DNA of 64,000 bases from Eledone cirrhosa (GCA_964016885.1 OZ024743.1:249860001-249924000), one strand, 5' to 3'. Counted from the first letter of the stretch, positions 28,740-42,690 are shown. Notes: generated from the sequence alone by a model not told the origin. Translations and numbers: made by a program.

Positions 28740-29200
28740 GGATCCAGTGGACAACAGGGAGAAAGTATTATACCAAAATATAGTAAGGGAGGTACGTTGG
28801 AATAGCCATTTCAACTTGTGGGAGTTCACTCCAGTGGGTGGCCAACTCCACCTTGATAACAATGAGTAGAGAGGTAATTCAGTGACCAAGAAACCAAAAG
28901 TTTCCACTGCTACAGGTTTAACAAGAAACCAGTTAATTTCATACGGTTCACCCCTGAGGGTTCTGTCCTGCTAAGGGTGAGTAGGGATGGTACAGGGATC
29001 AAGAATGCCAGAAGCTTCCAACAATAGAGGTTCATCGACAAACTTATGGGAAGCGGCCAATACTTCAATAGCATGTCATCTTCAGCTTCTCAGGCAGAGA
29101 AGACTAGTACTGTTGCCAAATGCACTAAGTTGCTGCTGGAAAAAGTGTCACTACAGTGTAACGCTGTTAAATAGTTGGAAGAGTTGTTGAGCAAATGGGT
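28740..29200 (-). mobile_element. Degenerate C-terminal fragment(s) of a CRE-like non-LTR retrotransposon
   Basis: Reverse frames give CSDTFSSSNL, AEDDMLLKY, EPLLLEASGILDP, then KPVAVETFGFL and KWLFQRTSLTI. These resemble the P.AVET.G / LFQR.S.AIQRGNA end of REL-type elements. Confidence 0.45.
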
Positions 29201-29927
29201 GCAACAAATATTGTGCTTACAATCTAACCATAATGGAAACTTGAATCAACATTCCAGCTACTGCCACTATCACCAACACCATCACTACGTCTACAACCTA
29301 CCCCACCAATAATGAAAAGTTCCTAATCATTTTCATTCTAAATACTGAATCATCAGAGAAGTGAGAAAGGGATATAGTGTAAGAATAAACCCCAGTACTT
29401 TATTTATCAACCTCAAAAAGATGAAAGTAGAGAAGATTTCAATAGGATTTGAACTCAGTGTACAGTGTGCCAGAACAAAATTCTGGCGCCCTAGTGACTC
29501 GGCCAATTCACTGCCTTATTGTTGTATTAGGAATTGAAATAACGGAAACTGCCCGCATTTTCATTGCTTTTGGAATGTCAGAACTTTCCATTTAATTTTA
29601 TTTCATAAAAATCAATCAAACCACCACCATTACCATTTCAAATCAATTTCTATCTTTCTTATCTTGTTTTTCATAGAAATGTTTCTTTTTAATTTTCTTT
29701 TTAATTTATTTTCTAAATACAGGTTTTCTTTTCATCATTACAGCAGCTACTCTTCTGGATTATTCCGCATCCCACCTCTTTTACCTCATTGAATTTACCT
29801 GTATGTGTACATATATGTGTATATGTATCTATATATATATGCAGCTATACATGTAGGTATGTATGTAAGTATATATGTAGGTATATATGTTTGTATGCAT
29901 ATACATATAGATGTATATGCATGAATG

Positions 29928-29958
<31 letters not shown>

Positions 29959-30146
29959 GTGTGCATGTGTGTGTGTGTGTGTTTATGTATGTGTGTTCCT
30001 TCTTCAAGCTTTAATATCTTGAATTAATTTTATACATTAACCTACATTGTTTCTTGTGATATGTAAAAATTTATGCAATTTTGTCATCAATTCTCTCTCT
30101 CTAGCACTTCCCCACTCTCTCTCTCTCTCTAGCACTTCCCCACTCT

Positions 30147-30190
<44 letters not shown>

Positions 30191-30370
30191 CTCTCTTGCA
30201 TTCTACCTTTTTCTTCAGCTTGCTCTATTTCTCTCTCTAGCTCTCTCACTCTATATCTTTCTGTTTCTCTCTCTCACTTTAACTCTCTCTTGCTCTTTGT
30301 ATGTCTCTCTGTAGCTCTTTCTTTCTCTCCATCTGTCTTTCTCTCTCTGGCTATCTCTCTTTCTCTTTAG

Positions 30371-30413
<43 letters not shown>

Positions 30414-31186
30414 GTTTTCCCCTTTCATTGGTTCTTTCATCACACTTCTATTCCCATATATTACTTGTTTATTTATTTATTTTGTTTGTTTTTTCATTTT
30501 CGTTGTTTTTCCCCTCTCTTCCACTCATCCCCCCATTCTATACCAACATATTTGTTCTATTGTTTACACAGCTAGAGGGGTGGTGATACAGGGAGAGAAT
30601 GGGGTATTTGAAGTGATGTTTCACTCGGCCATGAATGTGCAATTGCATATAATTTGCTGCCAACATAAAGCTGCAATCGCGAAATAATTTTCCATTTTAT
30701 GTTGTGGGAGGAAGAGGGGATGTATAAGATTCTTTCAAAATGGATATTTTTGCAGGTAAATAGCTGGAGACATATATTTTAGCTGTGTGCTATGTAACCA
30801 CGACACATCTACCAAGTAACATATATTACAGGTGTGCGCTATGTTACCACTAAACAGTCACCAAGAGACATATGTTGTTGGTGTGTGCTTTTTAATCACT
30901 ACACAACATGTGGCCAGGCTGGCCCTTTGAAAATTACAGGTACAAATAATTTTTTCCAGCTGACTGGAATATAGCAACATGAAATAAAGTGTCATGTTGA
31001 AGGATGCAATGCATCACTGAGAATCAAACTCACAACCTCACAATCATTATCCAACCAGTAAGCTATGCACCTGTACATGTGCTATGTTAGTATTACACAG
31101 TCATCAGGGACAATAAATAGTCTATATAATAATACTGTTGTTGCATTATCATGATATAAAGTGGTTATAAATTGTCTTTAAATAAA

Positions 31187-31402
31187 GATTTCTAGTATAG
31201 GCACAAGGCCAGCAATTTGGGGGGAAGGGAAAGTTGATTAAATCAACCCCAGTGCGTGACTGGTACTTTATTTTATCAACTCCATAAGGATGAGAGGCAA
31301 AGTTAACCTCAGCAGGATTTGAACTTAGATCATAAAGGGCTGTAACTCTATTCTGCAAAGCATGGCGTCCGACCCTCTATTGATACTGCCAATCCACCGA
31401 CC

Positions 31403-31440
<38 letters not shown>

Positions 31441-31845
31441 TGTTTCTACTTTTGGCACAAGGCCAGTAATTATCCCAGTACATTACTGGTACTTTATTTT
31501 ATCGACCCCGTAAGGATGAAAGGCAAAGTTAACCTCGGCGGGATTTGAACTCGGAATGGCAAGGGCCGTAACTCTATGCCTCAAAGCATGGTGTCTGACC
31601 CTCTACGGATACTGCCAATAATAATAATAACAATAATAACAACAACAACAACAATGGTTTCTAATTTAGGCACAAGGTCTACAATTTAGAAGAGGTTAGA
31701 TGATTAAATCAACCCGTCACTTGACTGGTATTTTGTTTTATTGATGCCAGAATCATAAAAGGTAAAATTGACCTTGGTGGGATTTGAACTCAGAATGTAA
31801 AAAGCCAGAACAAACACTGCAAAATATTTTGCCACCATTCTAATG
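31187..31845 (-). mobile_element. Three head-to-tail family-A SINEs joined by (AAT)n
   Basis: Copies at about 31187-31400, 31441-31618 and 31657-31840. A further full copy lies at 32590-32774. Confidence 0.85.
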
Positions 31846-32969
31846 ATAACACTAAATAATATTAATAGACATTCAGAAACCAAGATTAAGTCAGATTGAA
31901 GTCCTAGTATGTATAGAAATAGTCGAAAGTTTGTATGTTTATCTTCGTGTAATATTCATGCCAGAGTTGTAGGTTGAGCACAGTCGCTGATTCTGTGACA
32001 ACATCCTCAGTACATCCTAGGTAAATACCATTTCTCTTAACTAAATAGCTTATAGTGATGTTTCATGAACGTTTTCAAGTTAGCTAGACAAACAAACACA
32101 TTGATGTATCTTGTCAAAAGAAAAAAAAACTTGTTTGTGATATATATATATATCACAAACCTAGTTGGTTATATGTATGTGACTAGATTGTTGTCGAAAA
32201 TCTCTCTAATTACTTATCAAAACCTATTAATTTCCCCCAGATTTCTTTTCATTTAACTGAGAAAATGACAAAGAATGAAGCTTAGAAATGTAGATTTGTA
32301 GACATTGTCAACACAGAGATGAAGGTAAATATAGGAGAAAATGGGGAGAAAAAAATAATACACAAAAATGACTGAACAAAGAAAACACCTGAGAGTAAAC
32401 CAAATGAATAAGACTTTCTAATTTCGGCCCAAGGCCAACAATTTGGCATAGCACCAATACTAACATTTTACAGTGTACAAGGAGTTTTTGTTTTATAATG
32501 GTGCCACCATTATTTGGAAACTAAAGCAACTACATCATGTAGCTCCCAGCCCCACTTCTGTCCATGTAATAATTGAAGAGAGTAAATAATTGTTTCTACT
32601 TTAGACACAAGGCCAGCAATTACCCAGTGCATTACTGGTACTTTATTTTATCGACCCCGTAAGGATGAAAGGCAAAGTCAACCTCGGCGGGATTTGAACT
32701 TAGATCGTAAAGGGACGTAACTATGCTGGAAAGCATGGCGTCCGACCCTCTACCGATACTGCCAATCCACCGCCCTATTGTAAATAATAAAAATTACCGA
32801 GAGTAAATAATAAAAATCTGTTGCTACAAGTTAGCAGTAGCTATAGAACTAACCAAAGATCCTTCAGTAAAAAACAAAGGATGGAGTTTGTTAGGCAGAC
32901 ATAGTTGTTTTAGAACATTCCAGTCATATGAAACATCATGGAGAAGTTTTGAATAGTATGACTGGTCTA

Positions 32970-33460
32970 ATTTGGAATGTGATGGCTAGATCACGTGTTG
33001 AGGATGGGTGAAAGAGACTGGATGATGGGAATAGAGACTGGGTGATGGGAATAGAGATTTTGATGAATGTTGTGAAGAGAAATGGAATGAGATAGTTGGG
33101 TCATGTGTTGAGGAAGGGTGGAAGTGAATGGGTGAGGACAATAGAGCCAGTGATGAATCTTATGAAGAGAACTAGAATGAAACTAGAATGAAACTAAAAT
33201 GTGTTGAGGAAGGATGACAGAGACTGGGCGATGAGAATAGTGACTGTGATGAAAGTTGTGAAGAGAAATGGTATAAGATGGTTGGATCATGTGTTGAGGA
33301 AGGATGGAAGTGACTGGGTGATGAATGTTGTGAAGAGAAATAGAATGAGATGGTTGGATCATGTGTTGAGGAAAGATGAAAGTGACTGGGTGAGAGGAGT
33401 GAAGAAATGAATATGGGAGGAATTAGATGAAGTAAAAGACAGGACTAAACATGACGATGA
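32970..33460 (+). repeat. Degenerate tandem repeat derived from a LINE C-terminal motif
   Basis: About 4-5 units translating as VVKRNGIRWLDHVLRKDGSDWV, the RTE RWxGHVxR motif. Confidence 0.7.
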
Positions 33461-34171
33461 TGGAAATGAAAGCCAGAGTGTTAGTAGGATGGATTACATC
33501 GACTAGGAGAAACTTGTGGTTAAGTATTCCTTCATTTCCTCTTCTCTCTTCTCATATGTATGTATGCTGTGTGTGCGTGTGTGTGTTAGTGATAAGTGAC
33601 AGAAGAGTACTCCATATTGGAGGTAGAGAGGTAGAGTTAAATTATTTATCCTTACATAAGCTACAGCAAGAATGGAATGCTAGAACACACACACATATAT
33701 AATATACAATAAATATCTGGTGATGATATATATATATATTAGATGATGAAAATTTATTTCATAAATATGTGTGTATACAGGCACACACCAAAATACACAC
33801 GTATATATGTGGCTATATAGAACTATAAATATATTTGTGTATGTTTATGTATATGTATTATGTTTATATATATGTATAAAAATGTTGTATATATGTTAGT
33901 GTGTGAGCATGTGAGTGTGAGTTTATGTGTGTGTGTATCGCACGTGTATATTTCTTTTAATTCTCACTTCCTAAATTTGCTGATCTTATCCTGTTAACAA
34001 TTTACTTTACTTTCCTGTTATTGATATTTTGGGGAAATTATATTAACTTGAGAGTTTAAAGAAAGGATATCTTTATTAAAAGCCTATTCATATTTCTAAT
34101 AAATTGATATAAAATTTCTCTCCTGTTGCAGCATATACACATACACACATATATATATACACAACACATAC

Positions 34172-34270
<99 letters not shown>

Positions 34271-34705
34271 TATATGTGTGCGTGTGTGTGTGTGTATTTA
34301 TTTTTTTATGTATAAATATTGAAATATTAAATCAGATTTTTGTAAGGAACTCCCAGGTATTTTCATCATATGCAAAATCAAAATAATTTAGCGAAGAACT
34401 CTCATGCAAGCTACTAAATAAGGTGATGAATATTAAAGAGGGTTGTTACTGGGGTATTTCCCATAATATCTCATTAATTTACATTTTTTAAAACAAAATT
34501 ACATGTGGTTTAGTATAAAAATGATGTGAGTAATGTCAGATTAGGTCAGAATATTAAAGAAATGATAAAAGACAAAATGAAAATTATACACATGATTCAT
34601 AAATAGAAAAAATGATATACATATATACATACATATAGATATATACATAGCTGTATACATATATACCAACATATATGTGCATATATATATAAATACATAT
34701 ATACA

Positions 34706-34771
<66 letters not shown>

Positions 34772-34885
34772 GATGATATATATACATATATGTATACACA
34801 CACACACATGTATATATATATATTTGTGTGTGTGTGTGTTTCTGTATGTATAGGTTTGTGTCAGTGTGTTTGATTATAAACTTAC

Positions 34886-37549
34886 TTGCAAAGATGGTAG
34901 ATCTGGGGCAAAGAATGCGCCAGGGTTCTTCACTGTGTTGTTACTGGCCAGTGAATTGGCAGAACCTTTACTCGTTGGATCCGCTCCATCTAGGGAGAAA
35001 CTGACCTCCTTTTTGTGTTTTTGGCGATCTGAATCTGGAGAACTGTCAGACTTGCGTCGAGCATCTTCATGCATCTTCGCAGGATAGCGGCGACGATTTT
35101 GATCTACTTTTTTGATAATACATATCGTAATAACAATACAAGTGGCTAGAACAACTGTCACGGCAGCAAGGACGATGACTATTGTCAAATTTCTTTCACC
35201 GTCGGGACTACCGTTTCCATAAGGAAGCTCTGTACTATTGCTCAGAATCATCATTACTACTAGAATTGTGGAGGTGCTTTTGGATGGCTTGCCATGATCT
35301 TGAACGACTATTGGTAATTTGTAAGATCTGCTGATGATTCTAACATCAGAGTCTTTGATAAGCATTATTTCCCCAGAGGTGTGATTAATTCTGAAAAGAC
35401 CAGCCGTTTCTGGGGTACTTTTGAGGAAGTAGGACAACATGGCATTCTCACCTTCATCATCATCGAGTGCTATCACTCGTGAAATTGGTCGGTCAACTGG
35501 AGTCATGTCATAGATGACAGAAATGGTGTTGTTGGTATCGGTTGGGTAGATGATATAGGGATAGTTATCATTGACATCGTCAACAATTACAGCAACATTT
35601 GTTGAAGAACTCAATGGTTTCTTGCCATGGTCAGCGGCAACAACGAGGAAGTCATATCTCTGGCCTTTCATGCGGCTTAATCTGGCTTTAGTCTTCAAAA
35701 CACCGTCAGTGACCATAAAAAGTTGAGGAGCTTCATAGTTCTTTGAAATCCAATATCTTATCCGACCATTCTCTCCGTGATCCAAATCTTGCGCATCAAC
35801 TCTCCCAATAAACGTGAATGGTTCTTGGTCCTCTTTCACATGAAATTTATAGTACATCCTCTTAAACTGTGGGGCTTCGTCATTGATATCTAGAATATTT
35901 AAATGGACAGTGGCAGTCCCTGTAAGTGGAGGACTGCCAGCATCTATAGCTAAAACTCTGAATTTAATCTCCGAATTCTGTTCTCTATCGAATTGTTTAT
36001 TGGCAGTAATAACACCAGTTTGATGGTCAATGTTAAACCAGGAGTGAGCATCTTGGTGCAATTCGTAACGAATCTCTGAATTTATTCCTGTGTCGTTATC
36101 CTTGGCAGTGACTTTTGTTACGTAATCATGGAAGTTATTGTTCTCTGTGATTGGGGTTTTTATCAAAGTTTGTTCAAATACTGGTGCATTATCATTTTTA
36201 TCGGCAACAATAACTAAAAAACTTTTCTCGCTGTGAAGTTGTGGTGTACCATGGTCATGGCATCTGATGCTGACATTGTGAACAGAGGTTTTTTCAAAGT
36301 CTAGAGGTTTTGCAACGACAACTTTATAGGTTTTTATGGAAAATATCTGCAGACTGAAGTGATGATCATTGACAGAACAACTCACATTTCCGTTTTGATC
36401 TTGATCACGATCATTAATTGATACATGGGCAATAAACTTGCCCTTCGATGCAGACTCAGACACATTAGCCGCATAACCAAGCGACAGGAGATTGATGATT
36501 ATCTCAGGTTTGTTATCATTCACATCAACAACATAAACATTCACGGAAGCTGTTGATGACTGGACAATAGTACCGTGATCGTAAGCTATGACATTGAATG
36601 AATATTTGGGTCTATCTTCATAATCAACTCTACTAATTAAATGAACTTCCCCTGTTGTTTCATTAACGTTGAAAATTTCTTTGATTTTTGAGGATGTTCT
36701 GTGATGAAGTTTGTAAGATACTTGACCGTTGGGACCAGAATCATGGTCTTCAGCATGTAATGTAAGGACCGTAGATAATATAGAGCGGTTTTCGTGTATA
36801 TAAACATTATAGGCTTTTTTATCAAACTTAGGGGCATTATCATTGGCATCAACTACGGTTATATTTACAACTACATTCCCACTTCTTTGAGGTTTACCAT
36901 TATCTTTGGCTACAATAACTAACTGATAAAAGTCCTGTTCTTCATGGTCTAACATCTTCTTCAACTGTAAGCCATCTAATATACCATTATCTTGAAGTAA
37001 CGTGAATTTATCTCGGTCATTTAAAAGTATGTAGTATTTGATGGAATTATCGATTCCTGTATCTAAATCGTAGGCATCCTCAATTGGAAATTTCGTATTA
37101 GCAGGAGTTGACTCACTAATTTCGAGTGCAATTTCGTCTTTATCAAACAACGGAGCATTATCGTTTATGTCGTCAATATTTATCTTTACAATCATCATGT
37201 CAAGAAAACGTGGATCGGATGTGGATTGTATGGCGACGTCGACATCTAGAATACAGGAATGGACCCCAAGATCATTATCACAGATATGTTCTCGATCAAT
37301 CGGTACTGCAGTGGTTATAACACCTGAGTTTCTCCCAATATGGAAAAGGTTTGTATATTGGTTCCCTTGCGTTAGAAATTTGAACAAGTAGTCACCATGT
37401 CTGGGGCCAGTGATAGCTTTGGCTACGTTTCCAACATATGTTCCCTCGGGGGTTTCTTCTAAAACATGAAAATTCAACACACGTATTGCTGAAGTGCACA
37501 ACTGCAAGCCCCAGAAAATGAGGGAAATTGAGATGAACTTAATAGACAT
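34886..37549 (-). CDS. PCDH: Protocadherin (delta-1-like architecture, 7 cadherin repeats), large coding exon of 888 codons
   Basis: Signal peptide MSIKFISISLIFWGLQLCTSA. Linkers DINDNAPLF, DANDNAPKF, DVNDNKPEI, DKNDNAPVF, DINDEAPQF and DVNDNYPYI, plus a 7th repeat (IALDDDEGENA, VQDHGKP). IDREHIC..C in EC1. TM LTIVIVLAAVTVVLATCIVITICII. Donor CAA|GTAAGT at 34886/34885. Symbol is family-level only. Confidence 0.96.
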
Positions 37550-37700
37550 ATTATTGCAAATAGAGATACAAATTTGTATTGATATTCTGTTGTATTATCG
37601 CAAAGAAAATATTTCAATTTGCGCACGATAAAGAAAAATAGAAGATCCGTTGGTACTGTTCAAATTTCCTTGCTCCATGGGCCAAAGTAGTCATCAAACT
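37550..37700 (-). other. 5'-UTR portion of the large exon with strong splice acceptor and two uORFs
   Basis: TTTGTTTTTTTTTTCTATTTCTTTCCAG|AG at 37701/37700. uATGs at 37694 (26 aa) and 37678 (27 aa, in frame with the CDS, TAA at 37597-37595). Confidence 0.72.
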
Positions 37701-38054
37701 CTGGAAAGAAATAGAAAAAAAAAACAAAGTGAAGAGTAAACAACTAATTCTTAAAATAAGTTTAAATAATATATATATATATATAGTAATAATAATAAAT
37801 TTGAAAACTAAAATCTAAAGAGGGCTCGATAAGGATAAATATATATCAAATATATAAGAACCGTAGAGCAAATATTTATTAAATATATATTAACCTGTTA
37901 TTTTAATAATTGAAGTGAAAGCAACTGGTGCGTGTGTTTCTTATTGGCAACATGACCCTCCCAAAGTATAACAATATATATATATATATATATAAAGAAA
38001 AAAAGATGAAATCGAAAATGCAACTGGAGTCTTATTTAAAAAATATATATATAT

Positions 38055-38100
38055 TTATTTGGTTCCTTTACCGGTTTCGCAGTTCTGCTTTTCAAAAGTA
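38055..38100 (-). other. Decayed minimal hammerhead followed by AATAAA (Penelope-like 3' end)
   Basis: Reverse strand CTT-TTGAAAA-GCAG aa CTGC-GAAA-CCGG-TA-AAG..AATAAA. Two substitutions relative to CTGANGA. Confidence 0.5.
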
Positions 38101-38359
38101 GAGTTGAGATGGAGGGTCTGTGGTTTTTCTCACATCAGATGTGAGAAAAACCAGGTTATTTTTCATTTTGTAAAAAAAACCTCACTTTCTAATATATATA
38201 TATATACATATGTATATATTGCAAGCAGGGAAAAGCAGACGTAAAATGATGTTGATGATGATGATATATATATATACATATTCATACATATATATATATA
38301 CATATACATACATATATATATATATATATATAGTTAAAGTAAAGGTGAAAATGAACAGA

Positions 38360-40540
38360 AGTATATTAAAGATTATTTTTTCTTTAATCCAACAATATGA
38401 ACAATTTTATACTTGCTGCATTAAATAAAACCTGTTTTGATTGGTATAACAAGCTTATCAAATATTAGATATTAAATATTAAATATTAAAAGGAATGTTT
38501 GTTCATGTATTTTTGTGAGCAGTTTGAATATATGTGAGTTTTCTGTCAAAATTTCTTCTTATATGTGGTCTTTATGAAGGTGTGGTGGTGAAGGTAGAGG
38601 TGGGGTTCAAAAGGACAGGATTCAATTGAATTCTCTTGGTTAAAAATAGAAAATGTTCTTACCATTCATACTAATGAACCAGGTAGCATTTTTAATGTGT
38701 TGGGGTATTAAGGTGGGGTTCAATTGTATTTGGCATTTTTGAAGCTGGAAAAGGTTAGTTAATCTTTTGTCTTGTGGTATGTGTGTGTGTGTACCCCTAG
38801 TATCAAGAGAACAAAATTGTTTTTAGGGGTTGCAAATAAAAATAAGGATAAAAATATAAATATGAACTTGATTGAAAGGGGTCCTGTGGGGTGTTGCAGA
38901 GGCTGGGTTCCTGGAGTGTTTGCAGAAAAAAAAAAACTAGAGAAAGAGAAAAAAATTATTAATAATAATAATGGTTTCTGATTTAAGCACACGGTTAACA
39001 ATTTAGCCATTTTTATTCTGTTGGGGATTTGGCCCACTGGGAATGCTCTTTGGTGAGTATATTTTTTAGTTCATCCAATCTTTGCTCACATTTGATTTTG
39101 TCCAATGCTATTGTACAAATTCTTTTAGCTAGGTTAAAAGGAATGTTCAGTTTTGAGTGTTTTGGGTGAATTGATGTAAAAAGAAGGTACTGTTTGGGGT
39201 CTGTGGGTTTATAAAAAATGTCTGTTTCTAGTCTTCCTTCTGTTTTTAAAATTTTGATATCTAAAAAGGCTAGTTCCTTGGTATTAAACTCCATTGTGAA
39301 TTGGGTGTTGCTATTAAGGTTATTAATAAAATCTTTGAATTCTGTGAGTGTATCATGGTTTTCCTGCCATAAGATAAAGCAATGGTCCAGGTACCTTTTC
39401 CAATTGTTTTTTAGTTGTGTGTGAAATATGTCATCCAAATAGCAATAGAGATTGATGTAAATCTTTTGTTCATGGAATCCCATGACTAAAGTCCATCTTT
39501 ATGCATGTTGGTAATTTGGATTGATATATGTCTAGACAATATATTATTGCAGTCATGTATGTCATGTTTAACAATGTCAAAGGAAACAAAAGTTGTGTGT
39601 CCAATTGCTGTTTTGGTGAGATGGTTTAGCTTGTCAAGGTCATCTCGTATGTAGCTCTGCACATATTTCAGAAGGGCTTTAGTCCATAAAGTTACTCAAT
39701 CTGTGTGATTCACATGCAGGGACTGTTATAATTGACCTGAGCTTTAAATCAATAGGGGGTGTGAACGGGATGTATTTGGTTGTCGAGGTTTTGTAAATGT
39801 TATTTATTTGTTTACATTTGGGCATTTTTGGCAGGCTACAGAACATGTTAGTTTTGTATTTGAAGTGGCTTATGTAATCGATTTCTTTCATGGTAAGACC
39901 TTTGCAGTACTTATTTAATAGAGTTAGAAGATTTTTCCACTATTTTTTATTGTTTTTAACTGGGTGATTTTTTCATAGTAACTATTATCTTCTAACATTT
40001 TAGATGCCAGATCTTTAAAGTAGTCTGTGTTAATGATGACCACAGTGCTACCTTTCCTTTATCAGCTTCTTTAATGGGGATTTCAGTGTTTTTTGTAAAT
40101 CAATTAAGTTCTTCCATTCATATTTTGAGAAATTAGATTTGGTATTTCTATCTCCAATATTTTCAAGGAGGAAATTCATTGTGTTTGCAGTAGGAGTCTA
40201 GTGCTTTATTCCTTCCTTTCTTTGAGCAGAAATCACTTTTATTTTTAGCTAGTGATTCATCTTCATTGTCATTGTTATTAAAGAAAAATTCTGTTAGTCT
40301 AAATTTTCAATAGAATTCCATGATGTCATTTTTCATTTAGGGGAAAATTTAATTTTTGAAAACTCATATATTTTCGAACAGCTCACAGAATACATGAAAA
40401 AACATTTTTTAAAGTATTTAATGTTTAATATCTAATATTTGATAAGATTGTTATACCAATTGAAACCGGTTATTTTTAATGCAACAATTATAAAATTATT
40501 TATTCTGCCGAATTAAAGAAAAAATAATCTTTAAATATAT
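38360..40540 (-). mobile_element. Penelope-like retroelement, decayed, flanked by inverted terminal segments
   Basis: RT motifs WKRYLDHCF, QFTMEFNTKELAFLDI, FYKPTD, SIHPKHSKLNIPFNLAKRICTI (39013-39483) and SLPKMPK..LKLRSII (39679-39891). 38360-38485 and 40415-40540 are diverged inverted copies containing TTGATAA-GATTG..CAATT-GAAACCGGTTA. Confidence 0.85.
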
Positions 40541-40602
40541 TTCGGTGCAAACTTTGTTTTCTATGGAACTTTATGTCATTTTCAGCTCTCTCTCTCTCTC
40601 TG

Positions 40603-40671
<69 letters not shown>

Positions 40672-40895
40672 ATATATACATATATATAATTTCAAAATCG
40701 GGATAAGTAAGTGAGATAAAAAATATTCACTTACTTTTAATAAGTCCCTACCAATGGTTTCATTTTTAAAAAACAATTTTTTGTATTGTTGATTACATTT
40801 TTACCTGTTCCAGCCTTTTGGCTGACGCCATGCTGGGGCACCGCCCATGGTAATAAAATACAACACAGTCAATCAAGTAACATGGATATTAAAAC

Positions 40896-40946
<51 letters not shown>

Positions 40947-41091
40947 TATGCTGTTTATGTATTGTGGTTTAACTAATAGGTAGATCTAGTCATTCTGATT
41001 AGCAGGCTATCATCCATAATAGACGTGGTATGTTGTGGTTAGTGCAAGAACAGAGTTAAATACTTCAATGAAAATAGGCAAGATTCCAACA

Positions 41092-41463
41092 TATTCCACT
41101 ATATTCTTTTAATGTCTCATAAATACATAATACATATTTCCTTGGCTGGCTTATGTCATCATACCATGACACAAGAAAATAGGCTACATCATCAGATGTA
41201 ATGAACATAAAAGATTTAAAAGATTTAGTTCAGTAATCCCTACTGGGTTACAGGAAAATATAAACAAAGAATTGATATAGTGGATGCCTGGCAAGTGATG
41301 TGATCATTATGACAGACAGCCTACAATATAAATCTTCTAAGTCTTTTATGTTCATTACATCTGATGACATCATCAATTGTCTTGTGTCATGGTATGATGA
41401 TGTAAGCCAGCTATAGAAATATGTATTATGTAATTGTGCAACATTAAAGGAATATACTGGAAT
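41092..41463. repeat. Inverted repeat, arms about 135 bp with a spacer of about 100 bp (MITE or Penelope fold-back)
   Basis: TCATCATACCATGACACAAGA..TCATCAGATGTAATGAACATAAAAGA versus TCTTTTATGTTCATTACATCTGATGA..TCTTGTGTCATGGTATGATGA. Confidence 0.85.
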
Positions 41464-42269
41464 CCAGCCTGATTTAAAAAAAAAAAAATATATATATATA
41501 TATTACAGTATATACATATACACACATACAAAAGTTGTCTCAATTCGTCCAGATCATATAACAGGTATAAATATGATTATATCTGCAATTGATAGTAATT
41601 ATGCACATTTTTTTTTCCATTCTATAGGACAATTTCATTCATTCATTTATCTCTGAAGAGCTTGAGAGAAATTAATTAATATGTAAACAAAATGTTTGTA
41701 ATACTGAGGTTAATTTTTCTTGTTAATGAAACGTGTGTAGGATAATAAATAATTTGATTCCAGTAAGACATTTGGTCATTCATTTAACACATATACACAT
41801 GCGCACATACACATACACACACACACCCACGCATATTTATAAATTTGATTTTTTATCACATTTCGTGTGAAATCCCCTATGCCACCTCCACACGTGTATG
41901 GTATGTGTGTCTGTGTGTGTGAGGGGGCGGGCAGGTGACAGAATGCTATTATTAAACTGTTTACTTCCAGAATATAATCCTACAGGGATTTAATAAATTA
42001 ACCATTGCTAATTCATGTGATTTTCAGAGGTGACATTTCTCACATTCCTACAAGATGTAAGGAATTTCCTGATATGATTCAAAGAAGATCAGAGAAGTCA
42101 GCTGGAAAATCCCCTATTGGCCTAAATATGTAACAACCATGTAATAAATATTCCATCATCATGTTTCTTCACTAAACTCACCATTCTCCTAGATTTATTC
42201 TTATTCATTTTAAATCATTTTGTGATGACCATTATTTCCTCGAAGCTTCACAAGTGCAGATTCTAAACA

Positions 42270-42690
42270 GTCACTGTTGCTGCATAGTAGCTTTGAAATG
42301 TTGCTGCACACATACAATTGTTGCTGCTCAGTAACCTTGAAATATTGCTGTGCAGTTCCTGTGCACATCAAAACATTGCTGCTCAGTAGCTTTGAAATGT
42401 TGCCATATATAGCAAAATGCTGCTACTCAGTAGCTTTGAAATGTTGCCCCACACATCAAACTGTTGTCCAGTAGCTTTGAAATGTTGCTCCACATATCAA
42501 ACTGTTACCCCACAGTAGCTTAGAAACGTTGTCCAACACATCAAACTGTTGCCCCACAGTAGCTTTGAAATGTTTTCCCACACATCAAACTGTTACCCTA
42601 CAGTAGCTTTGAAATGTTACCCCACAGTAGCTTAGAAATGTTGTCCTACACATCAAAGAGTTTCCCCACAGTAGCTTTGAAATATTGCTA
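42270..42690. repeat. Degenerate minisatellite, unit about 42-45 bp
   Basis: Repeated CAGTAGCTTTGAAATGTTG..CACACATCAAACTGTT, about 9 copies. Confidence 0.85.

Noticed and set aside
29295-29370. Minus-strand CTGATGA..GAAA..TTA hammerhead-like match
   Set aside because: Stem III pairs, but stem I does not pair next to the core, stem II is out of register, and there is no homologue in the window. Likely chance.
34874-34885. Protocadherin ending ...QVSL* as a single-exon gene with a PDZ-like end
   Set aside because: VSL* is read from the consensus donor GTAAGT, so splicing is more likely. An intron-retained isoform cannot be excluded.
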